A stretch of 64,000 nucleotides of DNA from Candidatus Bathyarchaeota archaeon (GTDB taxonomy: Archaea; Thermoproteota; Bathyarchaeia; Bathyarchaeales; Bathycorpusculaceae): NCBI GenBank assembly GCA_963815095.1, contig CAWFFH010000003.1, forward strand, positions 640,001-704,000, written 5' to 3'. The notes under the pieces are model-generated. The model had not been told where the DNA came from. It made no database searches and saw only the letters and a list, made by a program, of their open reading frames with translations. How positions within the stretch are numbered: the stretch's first letter is position 1; each line of letters opens with the position of its first letter. The position numbers were made by a program, and so were the translations under genes. Shown here piece after piece: positions 9,363-18,943 of the stretch.

Positions 9363-10349
9363 TTAACGCATGAAAGTACTGTCAGTTAGACTCTCCACCT
9401 TGAGCGTTAAGGCGTTGTCTTGAGAGATTTGCTGAAAAGAAAACCAAGCGTCTTCAACTGTTTGCTGGAGCTCATGGAGGTCAGTAGCCAACTTTTTTCC
9501 TTTAAGCGTTAAATCATAAGTTTTCGGCGTTCTTCTTTGGAACGCCAGTTTTTTACCTCTCAAATGTTTTAGGCATTCATAGGTAACCCTTAGGGAAAAA
9601 CGTGTTTGGCAAGCAAGCTTTCCAGCAGGAATTCCTTCAGTAGTAATCGCATCGTAAATTTTACGTTGGGTGATCGTCAGGGTTTCCTTGTCAGAAGCCC
9701 GAATTGTTTTGAAGAAAAAAACATATTCCCGTTCGGTTGGTGTTTTAATGAGTTGGGCTGAACGCAGGCGTTTGAGTGTCCGTGAAACGTTTCTCAGCGG
9801 GATGACTGCCTCAATTCCTTCAAACGTTTTTGGCCCAGTCAGTAAATGTTGTATTACAGCTTCTTCATAGCATTCGGAGTGAGCAGGCAACTTTAGTGCA
9901 AAATCAGGGAAGCATCCGAGCAGTTTGGTTAGGCGACCACCAAACAATGTAAGCTGATATTGGTCTACTGATTTGTTAACTAAGCCCAACGTCTCTAAAG
10001 GGCGCAGGTATTCTTCGCTGATGACTTTTAAGCTGTGATTTTGCCCACTGTTTTTTAATTCAAGCTGAAGTTGACTTGGAGAATATCTACCTTTGACGAA
10101 TGTCTGCAAAATAGTAAGTCTCGTTTCGTTTTTTAGGGCATTGAAAAGATCTTTTATGTAGTCAGGGGCATCCAAGGTTTTCCTAAGGCATCTTAGCTCG
10201 TTTTTTAACTTGTACACTCTACAGTTTGTTATACATTCTATGGGAGTTATTGGAGCGCAACTTTTACATTCTGAGTCAAGCGATTTTAGCATTTCAAAAA
10301 AGTAGCCTTCATTTTCAGTTTTTTGAATTCCTGACAGGACAGTGATCAT
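9363..10349 (-). CDS. Multi winged-helix DNA-binding protein with N-terminal Cys motif
   Basis: CKSC-x7-CITNC, ArsR-like ALKNETRLTIL...YQLT, further HTH segments NVSRTLKRL and SLRVTYECLKHL...TYDLT. Confidence 0.8.
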   Translation of the reverse strand: MITVLSGIQKTENEGYFFEMLKSLDSECKSCAPITPIECITNCRVYKLKNELRCLRKTLDAPDYIKDLFNALKNETRLTILQTFVKGRYSPSQLQLELKNSGQNHSLKVISEEYLRPLETLGLVNKSVDQYQLTLFGGRLTKLLGCFPDFALKLPAHSECYEEAVIQHLLTGPKTFEGIEAVIPLRNVSRTLKRLRSAQLIKTPTEREYVFFFKTIRASDKETLTITQRKIYDAITTEGIPAGKLACQTRFSLRVTYECLKHLRGKKLAFQRRTPKTYDLTLKGKKLATDLHELQQTVEDAWFSFQQISQDNALTLKVESLTDSTFMR

Positions 10350-10447
10350 TTTTTATTTCCCCTTTGTGGCGTTCATTTAATCGAGAGGATGGAGCCACCC
10401 GATTTTCCTCTAAAAAGTCTTAGTTTCTTTTAAGTAAAAGCGTTCTC

Positions 10448-10491
10448 GTCAAGGATTCTTGACTAAGCTTAGTCAAACTTTCTTGACTAAG
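10448..10491. promoter_or_regulatory. Tandem palindromic operator GTCAA-N6-TTGAC x2
   Basis: GTCAAggattcTTGACTAA gc TTAGTCAAactttcTTGACTAAG between divergent genes. Confidence 0.6.
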
Positions 10492-10577
10492 AATTCATGA
10501 CTGTTTTTGAGAAGAAAAATTGCCGCTAACTGCTTATTTAGCCAAAACATCAACTACTATTTTGAAGATGTTGCTAG

Positions 10578-11165
10578 TTGTTGCCCAAACGTGTATACCT
10601 TGCAGGCCCCGAAGTCTTCCTACCCAACGCCAAAGAAATTGGGAAAGAAAAAAAAGCTCTCTGCAAAAAATACGACTTCGAAGGCGTTTTCCCCCTAGAC
10701 AATGAAGTAGATGCCAAAGATAAAACTCCAAGAGAGATTGGCTTTTGTATCAGTGCGTTAAACGAGGATTTGATTAGAAGCTGCGATTTTGTGATTGCGA
10801 ATATTACTCCGTTTAGGGGTCCGAGTGCTGATGTGGGAACGGCGTATGAAATAGGATTCGCTCACGCTTTAAGCAAAGTAGTCTTTGCGTACACCAACGT
10901 TTCCGCGCTGTTTACTGAACGCACCGTGAAAGCGGTCAACTCGCAGGTTAACCGAGACAAAGACAGAAAACTAAGAGATGCCAACGGCATGCTCATTGAA
11001 GAACTTGATTTAACCGATAACCTGATGCTAGATGGCTGCATCCACTCAAGTAGTAAACGTTTAGTGATTGAACAAGCACCCGTGGACCAATTTTTTACTT
11101 ACCTTGGTGGATTTGAAAAATGCCTAAAAGCCGCTCAAGAACTTACTGGAGCAAGTGAAATGTAA
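10578..11165 (+). CDS. Nucleoside 2-deoxyribosyltransferase / N-glycosidase family protein
   Basis: VYLAGPEVF, SADVGTAYEIGFA, DNLML motifs. Confidence 0.92.
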   Translation: MLPKRVYLAGPEVFLPNAKEIGKEKKALCKKYDFEGVFPLDNEVDAKDKTPREIGFCISALNEDLIRSCDFVIANITPFRGPSADVGTAYEIGFAHALSKVVFAYTNVSALFTERTVKAVNSQVNRDKDRKLRDANGMLIEELDLTDNLMLDGCIHSSSKRLVIEQAPVDQFFTYLGGFEKCLKAAQELTGASEM

Positions 11166-11306
11166 GAGTTGCCAATTAGATATTAGGATTGATAAGCAGA
11201 AAGCGAATAACGGTTTCAGAATTACGCTCTTAACATGCTTTTTTTTATTTTAGATCCGGTTTTGTACTGGCAGTTTTAAGCAGCCTTTTTCTTTAATGTT
11301 CCAAGT

Positions 11307-11612
11307 TCAACCCATTATGGTTGGGTTTATATCTTCTTCGTTGATGTGATGCATAACGTGGATTGCTAAGCCTGTTGCTGCTCCAGCAGAGAGACCCACC
11401 AGCAAGTAAGTCAACCAGTTGTAGCCTCCAATCAATCCGACAACAGCTAACGCGTCAAATCCCAGTGCAACAGCAAGGTACCCGACGCACCACATTTTCA
11501 CACTCATACCGCGGGGTTTATTGATGCCTATACCGCCAAGCATACCCAGCATGATTAAGAAACCGACTAAAGCGAAAAGTAAATTGTAATCGAAAGACAT
11601 CACGGTCACCAT
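11307..11612 (-). CDS. Small three-TM membrane protein
   Basis: Three hydrophobic Gly-rich segments, His-rich HVMHH tail. Confidence 0.7.
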   Translation of the reverse strand: MVTVMSFDYNLLFALVGFLIMLGMLGGIGINKPRGMSVKMWCVGYLAVALGFDALAVVGLIGGYNWLTYLLVGLSAGAATGLAIHVMHHINEEDINPTIMG

Positions 11613-11756
11613 TTATGTTGGCTATGTTCCTTTTTGGAGTTAATTAGTTTATCGAATCCACGCCTGCATTGAAGATGTACTATTCTTATGCAGTTTACAT
11701 ATCGCTAGCCTTTAATACGTTCAACTTGGAATCTTTAAGCTTCAAGGGTAAATACA

Positions 11757-13826
11757 TTGACGAACTTTGACGTTAGGCAATGCCATAAGTGGGCTCAACT
11801 CTTAGTAAGTCGCAAACAAAAATTATGCGAAGCCCAAGCCGCCATAGAAAAGCAGGATTTTGATAGTGCAAAGAAACTGTTTAACCAAATTTTCAATGGG
11901 TTCATGGGTAAACAGGCTGACCCAGGTATGGCAGGTTCACTCCTGTACCACATGGCTATGGTTACAAAAATGGAGTCAGAAACCCAAGTTCTCCTAGACG
12001 AATTAAAAGTTCAGCTGCCTAACGTATCTGTGCAGTTGGGCAAGATTTACTGTGATTTTGAATCCGATGCAAAAGAGCTGACAAGAACAGTTGCCAAGGT
12101 TCCATTGGGACTCTGTGAAGTAGCCAATGAGAGACGAATCGGTTCAGAAGAAAAAATCGCCTTATTTAACAGGCTAAAGCAAGAAAACAAAAAAGTGGAA
12201 ACCCAGCTAAACAACAAAGACCCAAAGGCTAGCGAAGCGTTCGAGAAACTCTTTGGAGATTGGGCAGAACAAATCATCCGGATGCGGCTTATCCAGGAGT
12301 ACGAAACAATCAAGGGGTTGCTGGTAACTGCTGAATTGGCTAAAACCATTGGTTTGCCAGCGCTTGAGGCAGCTATGGCACGGGTGCAAGAAAAGTTCGG
12401 TCAAGAAACGGTCAGCATCGCCCTCGATGTAACACTCAAGGTCGGGATGCCCAGAGAAAAACTGCAATCAGTCATGTTAAGCGACCACTTCATCAACATG
12501 ACCATGAGCACAGAAACCCTCGATGGAAAAATGGAGTTTTTGAATTGCCCAATCTACGGAAGTCACAAGTACGCCAACGAAAAATTCGGCATTGACCAAA
12601 AAGTTTCGGCACTGTTTTGCACCCACTTCTGTTTTGCTCACGCTAAAGCCATGCTCGACACGGTCCTTCCATTTCCGTTTACATTGTGGCAACCCAAACT
12701 CATCGCGTCCCACCAGAAATGTGAATACTACCTTAAACTGGCTCATTCACCCGAAGCCGATGCATCTCAACAGTTTGTTCCGCTGGTAATGTCTTGGAAT
12801 GTTACCCGCGAATGCAACATGAAATGCAGCCACTGCTACATAAACGCCACCGAAAAAAAACTTGCCAACGAATTGACCACTCAAGAGGGCAAAAACCTAA
12901 TGGATCAAATATGCAAGGTAAGCAAACCACTGCTTATTCTCAGCGGCGGCGAACCTCTTTTGCGTCCAGACATTTACGAGCTCATTGAGCACGGCGCTTC
13001 TAGGGGTTTGAAGATGGGTCTGGGAAGCAACGGAACTCTCATTGACGACGAGGTTGCGCACAAACTTAAGGTGGCGGGTATAACGACGGTTTCAATCAGT
13101 TTAGACTCCCATATTCCAGCGCAGCACGACGAATTCCGTGGCGTGGCGGGCGCATGGGAAAAAGCAATTAACGCTTGCAAAGCTTTAAGGAAAAACAATG
13201 TGCTTGTCCAAGTAAACACCACCTTAACCCACGAGAACTATAACCAAATCGATGACATCATGTCGTTGGCAGAAGAAATTGGCGTTGAAAACTTCCATCT
13301 TTTTTTCCTCGTACCAACTGGGCGAGGAACTAAACTAACCGATATCTCACCTCAAAAATACGAGGATATGATAACCAAAACGTTCGCCAAAGTCTCAAAG
13401 CACAAGTTAAACGTGAGACCTTCCTGTGCACCACAGTTCATGCGCATCGCCAAGGGCATGGGTTTGGATATGAGGCAATGGATTCGCGGTTGCTTAGCAG
13501 GATTATACTACTGTCGCATCTACCCCAACGGGGACGTAACCCCTTGCCCATACCTGCCAATCAAACTTGGGAACGTTCGGGAGAAAAGTTTCAAGGAAAC
13601 CTGGTTCAATTCACCCATATTCAAAGCTCTACGAGACCCGAATTCATTGAAGGGAAAGTGTGGGGTATGTGAGTATCGCTCACTTTGCGGTGGTTGTAGA
13701 GCTCGAGCATACGGACTTTCCAGCGATTTCATCGATTACTGCGGCGACCTCCATGAACCGACAGAGCTAAAAAGGGATTATTTAGCTGAAGACCCATGGT
13801 GTGTACACCAACCAAAAACCTCTTAA
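11757..13826 (+). CDS. Radical SAM/SPASM enzyme (AhbC/AhbD/NirJ-like) fused to a ~340-aa N-terminal region
   Basis: CNMKCSHC, SGGEPL, LVPTGRG, GCLAG...GDVTPC...GKCGVCEYRSLCGGCRARA...EDPWC. Confidence 0.9.
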   Translation: MTNFDVRQCHKWAQLLVSRKQKLCEAQAAIEKQDFDSAKKLFNQIFNGFMGKQADPGMAGSLLYHMAMVTKMESETQVLLDELKVQLPNVSVQLGKIYCDFESDAKELTRTVAKVPLGLCEVANERRIGSEEKIALFNRLKQENKKVETQLNNKDPKASEAFEKLFGDWAEQIIRMRLIQEYETIKGLLVTAELAKTIGLPALEAAMARVQEKFGQETVSIALDVTLKVGMPREKLQSVMLSDHFINMTMSTETLDGKMEFLNCPIYGSHKYANEKFGIDQKVSALFCTHFCFAHAKAMLDTVLPFPFTLWQPKLIASHQKCEYYLKLAHSPEADASQQFVPLVMSWNVTRECNMKCSHCYINATEKKLANELTTQEGKNLMDQICKVSKPLLILSGGEPLLRPDIYELIEHGASRGLKMGLGSNGTLIDDEVAHKLKVAGITTVSISLDSHIPAQHDEFRGVAGAWEKAINACKALRKNNVLVQVNTTLTHENYNQIDDIMSLAEEIGVENFHLFFLVPTGRGTKLTDISPQKYEDMITKTFAKVSKHKLNVRPSCAPQFMRIAKGMGLDMRQWIRGCLAGLYYCRIYPNGDVTPCPYLPIKLGNVREKSFKETWFNSPIFKALRDPNSLKGKCGVCEYRSLCGGCRARAYGLSSDFIDYCGDLHEPTELKRDYLAEDPWCVHQPKTS

Positions 13827-14124
13827 GTCATAGATGTCTTTCAAAAACTTCAACAGACAGTTAATGCGGCTTTGGCAGCCCGCAAACACAGTGTTTCAGT
13901 GACTGTGGACCGCCAAACAGATATTGGAAGGCGTAAGTATGAATGGAGTCCACACCTCCCCGAATTCGACCAAAGCGGTTACGGCACCAACTCCACTTGA
14001 TATAGGGAACGTCCAAACACTCCGCAGGAACCCTTTGATTTTCAGTTTCTTTAACCTAAAAATATGCAGGTACTAGGAGGCAGCCAAGATCACACATGCT
14101 GGTCTCTCTAAAAGTTTCGTCGGA

Positions 14125-15288
14125 ATGTTCAAAGAGACCGCACTACCATGCCTCTTTGATGTCGGTGGCTTAATCGCTGGTTTTATGATTGCATTGCAGC
14201 TGGGTATTTTTCAGCTTTCACCTTGGGCAATAGCACTTTACCCAGCGGTAGTCAGTGTGAAGGGAGTTATTACGGGGTTACTCACTGGCCGTCTAAGCAC
14301 TGCTCTGCATCTAGGAACGATTTATCCCAAATTCTTTGGGAATACGAAGACATTTTACAATCTGATTGGAGCCATGGTTGTTTTGACTCTGGCAACTAGC
14401 GCAACGATCAGCGTTATTGCGCTAGGTTTTGGAACTCTATTTTGGGGAATTTCAATTACTGATTTTCCAGCTATCTTTACAGTTATGGTGGCGACCCTAT
14501 CTTTGGGGTTACTTATCACTTTGATAACAGTAAAATTCACATTTATTTCTTTCAAAAACAGTTTGGATCCTGACACCGTCGTTTACCCAGCCATCTCGAC
14601 TGTTGCAGGCATCATCATAACTTTCCTCTACATTGGAGTCTTGCACCTGTACTTTTCTGGGGCGCTTGGAAGATGGACATTAATTATTTTTGGCTTAATC
14701 AACGTGTCTCTCGTCTTAATCATCGTCCCCCGAAACATACGAGAAAAAGAGTTTCTAAAAAGTATTAAAGAATCGTTACCAACGATGCTTTTAGTCGCTT
14801 TTATGGTCAACATAACAGGAACCATTCTAAAAGGCATAAGCAACCATGCAGCTGGTCGAAAAGAAATTTACACAGTTTATCCAGCCATGATTGATATGAT
14901 GGGCGACGTGGGGTTAGTTGTGGGTTCAGCTGCAACTACAAAGCTTGCTTTAGGCGTTCTTACACCCTCTTTCTCTTCGATAAAGAATCATGCTAAAAAC
15001 ATTTTTAGCGCGTGGACTGCATCCCTTTTGATGTTTGCAGTCATAGGCCTTTTAGCTTTAAGTGTCAATGGGGTATTTTCCTGGCAGGGAATTTCAAGCT
15101 TATTACTGATACTTTTAGTTTCCAACATAATCGCTTTCGTCGCTATCGTAATCTTATCCTACGCAATTTCGATACTAACATTCAAAAAAGGCTTAGACCC
15201 AGACAACTTTGTTATTCCCGTCGGAAGCTCTCTAGCTGACGCGATCACAACCATTGCATTGTTTGTAGCTTTACTTTTGCTCTTTTAG
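14125..15288 (+). CDS. MgtE-family divalent cation transporter (duplicated membrane domain)
   Basis: GRLSTALHLG, LDPDTVVYP and GLDPDNFVIP repeats; ~10 TMs. Confidence 0.9.
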   Translation: MFKETALPCLFDVGGLIAGFMIALQLGIFQLSPWAIALYPAVVSVKGVITGLLTGRLSTALHLGTIYPKFFGNTKTFYNLIGAMVVLTLATSATISVIALGFGTLFWGISITDFPAIFTVMVATLSLGLLITLITVKFTFISFKNSLDPDTVVYPAISTVAGIIITFLYIGVLHLYFSGALGRWTLIIFGLINVSLVLIIVPRNIREKEFLKSIKESLPTMLLVAFMVNITGTILKGISNHAAGRKEIYTVYPAMIDMMGDVGLVVGSAATTKLALGVLTPSFSSIKNHAKNIFSAWTASLLMFAVIGLLALSVNGVFSWQGISSLLLILLVSNIIAFVAIVILSYAISILTFKKGLDPDNFVIPVGSSLADAITTIALFVALLLLF

Positions 15289-15350
15289 CCTTAAGGCACA
15301 ATTAAAATATCCCAAGAACCCTTATCTAATAGTGGAGCGCTCCATCAAAA

Positions 15351-16547
15351 TTGCCTCAATTTGAAAAAATAAAGTACAAACCCATTCCAGTCAGGGAACT
15401 TTTGCTTGAAATGAAGAATCTCTCAGAATTAATGATTGATTTAGCTTATTCCGCTGCCTTATACAATGATAAGGACTTAGCGGAAGACGTTCTCGAATTA
15501 GAAAACAGAGTTGACTCTCTAGCATACCTTTTAGATATGGAAATCATGATTGCCGCAAGAGATGCCAAAGACGCAGAGATGCTAATTGGTGTTTCGATTG
15601 TTGCGGCTTCTACGGATAAAATTTCAGACGCAGCCGCCGACATAGCGGCCATAGTAACCCGTAACATTGGCATCCACCCAATCATAGGGGAAATCTTTCA
15701 AAAAGTAGAAGAGCGCTTAATGAAGGTAACTGTAAAAACTAACTCAGAAATTATTAATAAAACCATAGAAGAGCTTAATTTGGCGGCAAGAATGGGAGTT
15801 GACATAATTGCCATTCGAAGAACTCACGATTGGATCTTAAACCCCAATGAAACAGAAACAGTGCTCGAAGGAGACATTCTAATTACGCGTGGAGCACCAT
15901 TAGGCATTGAGGAATTCAAAGACTTAGCTGAAGGTAAACTAGCAACATTAGATACTGAAAAAAGAGCAAAATTCGAAGAAATCGTCTCAAGGTTCGTAGA
16001 ACTGAAGGATACCTCTGAGTTGATGATGGACTTAGCATATTCCTCATTGATGCTAAACAGCAAAGAGCTAGCAGAAGAAGTGGAGCAGCTTGAAGAACGC
16101 ATGGACCAGCTACACACAGACTTTGAGTTACTTGCTTTAACTAGTGATTTTAAGAAGGAAGAGGCATCAGGCTTTCTGGGATTAATTAGGTTGGGTGTTG
16201 CGACTGAAAAGATTGCTGATGCAGCAGCAGATATGGCGGAGGTAGTTTTAAGGGGAATTGAACCACACCCAATTTTGAAGTTAACTATTAAGGAAGCGGA
16301 AGAAACGGTTGCTCAAGCTTGTGTTACGACGGATTCTCCGCTTGTTGGCAAAACACTCAAGGAAGCGAGAGTGCATGAGGAAACGGGGATGTGGGTTTTA
16401 GTTATAAAAAGGAACGATAAGTGCCTGCGCCCTCGTGGAGAATCGAAAATTGAGTCAGGCGACGTGCTGGTGGCGTCTGGTTACGCCGAGGGTGCAGACG
16501 CTTTAAAGCGGCTTGCTTCTCCAACCCAAACATGCAGTATAGAATGA
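15351..16547 (+). CDS. PhoU-like + TrkA-C (RCK_C) tandem-duplicated protein
   Basis: Two EMKNLSELMIDLAYS/ELKDTSELMMDLAYS repeats, each followed by a TrkA-C domain; usual neighbour of archaeal MgtE. Confidence 0.9.
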   Translation: MPQFEKIKYKPIPVRELLLEMKNLSELMIDLAYSAALYNDKDLAEDVLELENRVDSLAYLLDMEIMIAARDAKDAEMLIGVSIVAASTDKISDAAADIAAIVTRNIGIHPIIGEIFQKVEERLMKVTVKTNSEIINKTIEELNLAARMGVDIIAIRRTHDWILNPNETETVLEGDILITRGAPLGIEEFKDLAEGKLATLDTEKRAKFEEIVSRFVELKDTSELMMDLAYSSLMLNSKELAEEVEQLEERMDQLHTDFELLALTSDFKKEEASGFLGLIRLGVATEKIADAAADMAEVVLRGIEPHPILKLTIKEAEETVAQACVTTDSPLVGKTLKEARVHEETGMWVLVIKRNDKCLRPRGESKIESGDVLVASGYAEGADALKRLASPTQTCSIE

Positions 16548-16632
16548 TTCGAAATCCTTAGTTTGGATACATTAACACTATAAGGCAGCGACGTCTATTG
16601 TAAGCATATTAAGCGTTCAGGGTGGTTCAGAA

Positions 16633-17007
16633 ATGGGGGAAAAAAAAATGTTTACTTGCCAAAACCCTTCTTGCAAAAAAAGTTTTACTGCACCCCTTAA
16701 AACTTTGAACCTGCAGAAAAACCCGACTGAGCCATATTTCGCTTGCCCTTATTGTCTAACTCAAATAAAAGAAATAGAAGAAACTCTGGAAACAGGCAAA
16801 AGCCCTCAAGAAAAACAACCTGAAAAAATTCGCCTGAAAATAAATCAAGTTGAAACCATAGAAAAAACCAAAAATGACGATAAGTCATTAGATTGTCATC
16901 ATTACCATGGCTTCTTAAGTGAGCGTTCCTCGAAAGAGCAAATTCCCGATGAATGCCTTGTCTGCAAGGATATCGTTGAATGTATGTTAAGAAAGATGCG
17001 TGCATAA
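16633..17007 (+). CDS. Cys/His-rich putative Zn-finger protein
   Basis: CQNPSC...ACPYC and CHHYHGFL...IPDECLVCKDIVEC. Confidence 0.8.
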   Translation: MGEKKMFTCQNPSCKKSFTAPLKTLNLQKNPTEPYFACPYCLTQIKEIEETLETGKSPQEKQPEKIRLKINQVETIEKTKNDDKSLDCHHYHGFLSERSSKEQIPDECLVCKDIVECMLRKMRA

Positions 17008-17103
17008 CAATCAAAAAATTTTTCTAAGTATCCTTTGCATTTACGGGAAAATTATAATTAAAAAAACTGAAAAAGAGAATCATAAGAAAAGATTGAAGTT
17101 AGT

Positions 17104-17466
17104 TTACTTCTTTTTCTTTGCTGTTGGTTTATCTTCGGTTGGAGGCTCTTCAGTTGACTTTGCTGGTTCGGATTCTGTTTTTGATTCTTCTTTCTTCTCT
17201 TCGATTTCAGTTGTGATTTCTTCGATTGGTTTTGGAGGCGGTGTTGTTGCCATAGTCCATCCGATCCATGCGCCTATGAACATTATAGCTACGAAAGCTA
17301 CAAAGACTGGCACTGCGATCACCCAGAATTGGACGTTAGCAGTGTTGCTAAGTAGACCGATAGAGACTAGCCAAGTTGGATAGAATAGTGTGACGATGTA
17401 GAGTAGTGCAACAATTACGCAGACAGCGAGTATTGCTCCACCTATTGATTGATCTTTGCTAACCAT
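17104..17466 (-). CDS. Two-TM membrane protein, DPM2/PIG-P-like
   Basis: KDQSIGGAIL..TM1, TM2 VPVFVAFVAIMFIGAWIGWTM, TPPPKPIEEI then charged tail. Confidence 0.75.
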   Translation of the reverse strand: MVSKDQSIGGAILAVCVIVALLYIVTLFYPTWLVSIGLLSNTANVQFWVIAVPVFVAFVAIMFIGAWIGWTMATTPPPKPIEEITTEIEEKKEESKTESEPAKSTEEPPTEDKPTAKKKK

Positions 17467-17544
17467 TTAGTGATTCACCACTTTATAGCCATGTATTCGC
17501 TTAATCAATTTAAAGTTTGTCATGTTTTTTAAACTCTCGATTGA

Positions 17545-18801
17545 TTAGGTAGTGCCCATTTCCCAAGTTGAAAGGTACTTTTTCTGTTCAGCGGTAAGTT
17601 CATCGATGTTGACACCCATGGATTTGAGTTTGAGTTCTGCGACTTTTTCATCGATATCTTTGGGGACAGTATAGACTTTAGTTTGGAGTTTGGTTGTTTT
17701 TGCTACATATTCAGAGCATAGGGCTTGGTTTGCAAATGACATGTCCATGACCTCTGATGGGTGGCCTTCTGCTGCGGCCAGGTTGACTAGTCTGCCCTCG
17801 GCGAGGAGATAGAGTTTTCTGCCGTCTTTTAAGCTGTACTCTTCCATGTTGGGGCGCATCGTCCGTTTTTCTTTAGTAAGTGATTCTAAGTCGGGGATGT
17901 TGATTTCCACGTTGAAGTGTCCGCTATTGCACATAATTGCGCCGTCTTTCATCTTTTGGAAGTGTTCTTTGCGTATGACACTAATGTCACCTGTTGCTGT
18001 GACAAATATGTCTCCGAGGGGTGCTGCTTTTGCCATGGGCATTACCCGGTAACCATCCATGACTGCTTCTAGGGCCCGGGTTGGTTGAACCTCTGTTACT
18101 ATTACGTTGGCACCTAAACCTTTTGCACGCATAGCTATGCCCCTGCTGCACCAGCCATATCCTCCGACAACAAAATTTTTGCCAGCAAGCAGAACTGAGG
18201 TTGCTCGCATAATTCCATCGATTGTGCTTTGGCCCGTTCCATACCGGTTGTCAAAGAGATATTTTGTGTATGCGTCGTTGACTGCTATGATGGGATATTT
18301 AAGGCTCCCATCTTGTTCCATGGCTTTTAGGCGGACTACACCTGTAGAGGTTTCTTCGGTTCCTCCTTTGACGTCTTTAATCAGGTTTTGGCGTTTACTG
18401 TGAATCATGCCAACGACGTCTGCGCCGTCATCCATTGTAATGGTTGGTTTGTAATCGAGGACTTGGTCGATGCATTTGTAATAGTCTTCTGTGTTTTGTC
18501 CTCTCCAAGCGAAAACGTGCACACCGCTATCCGCCAGAGCCGCGGCAACGTCATCTTGGGTTGAGAGAGGGTTTGAGCCGCACAACGCGACTTTCGCGCC
18601 TCCTGCTATGAGTACTTTGATCAGGACTGCGGTTTCTTTAGTTACGTGAAGGCATGCGGCTAAGGTCTGGCCTTCGAGAGGCTTTTCTTTTTCAAATCGA
18701 GTTTTTATAATGTTAAGTACAGGCATGTGTTTTGATGCCCATTCGATCTGTAAATGTCCTTGAGGTGCTAAACTTTTATCTTTAACTTGGAATTCTTCCA
18801 T
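17545..18801 (-). CDS. ahcY: Adenosylhomocysteinase
   Basis: [50 protein letters not shown]. Confidence 0.98.
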   Translation of the reverse strand: MEEFQVKDKSLAPQGHLQIEWASKHMPVLNIIKTRFEKEKPLEGQTLAACLHVTKETAVLIKVLIAGGAKVALCGSNPLSTQDDVAAALADSGVHVFAWRGQNTEDYYKCIDQVLDYKPTITMDDGADVVGMIHSKRQNLIKDVKGGTEETSTGVVRLKAMEQDGSLKYPIIAVNDAYTKYLFDNRYGTGQSTIDGIMRATSVLLAGKNFVVGGYGWCSRGIAMRAKGLGANVIVTEVQPTRALEAVMDGYRVMPMAKAAPLGDIFVTATGDISVIRKEHFQKMKDGAIMCNSGHFNVEINIPDLESLTKEKRTMRPNMEEYSLKDGRKLYLLAEGRLVNLAAAEGHPSEVMDMSFANQALCSEYVAKTTKLQTKVYTVPKDIDEKVAELKLKSMGVNIDELTAEQKKYLSTWEMGTT

Positions 18802-18943
18802 GATTGTTCCTTCTTATACGAGATTGAGTGCAATTCTCCTTATTTAGAATTTACCTAAATTTCATAAGATGCAAAGTATGGCGAGGGCTCTCTTAAGCTG
18901 GAAAAAGTTAAATTAACCCCTAACGCAAGCTAACTGTAAGAGA

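Noticed and set aside
13830-14050. RNase P RNA, SRP RNA or M-box riboswitch
   Set aside because: The signature motifs (GAGGAAAGUCC, the SRP helix-8 GGAAG..AGCA loop, the M-box core) are absent on both strands
9063-17007. Integrated element at the tRNA-Ser 3' end
   Set aside because: Genes look accessory, but I found no integrase, no transposase and no duplicate of the tRNA 3' end (att site)
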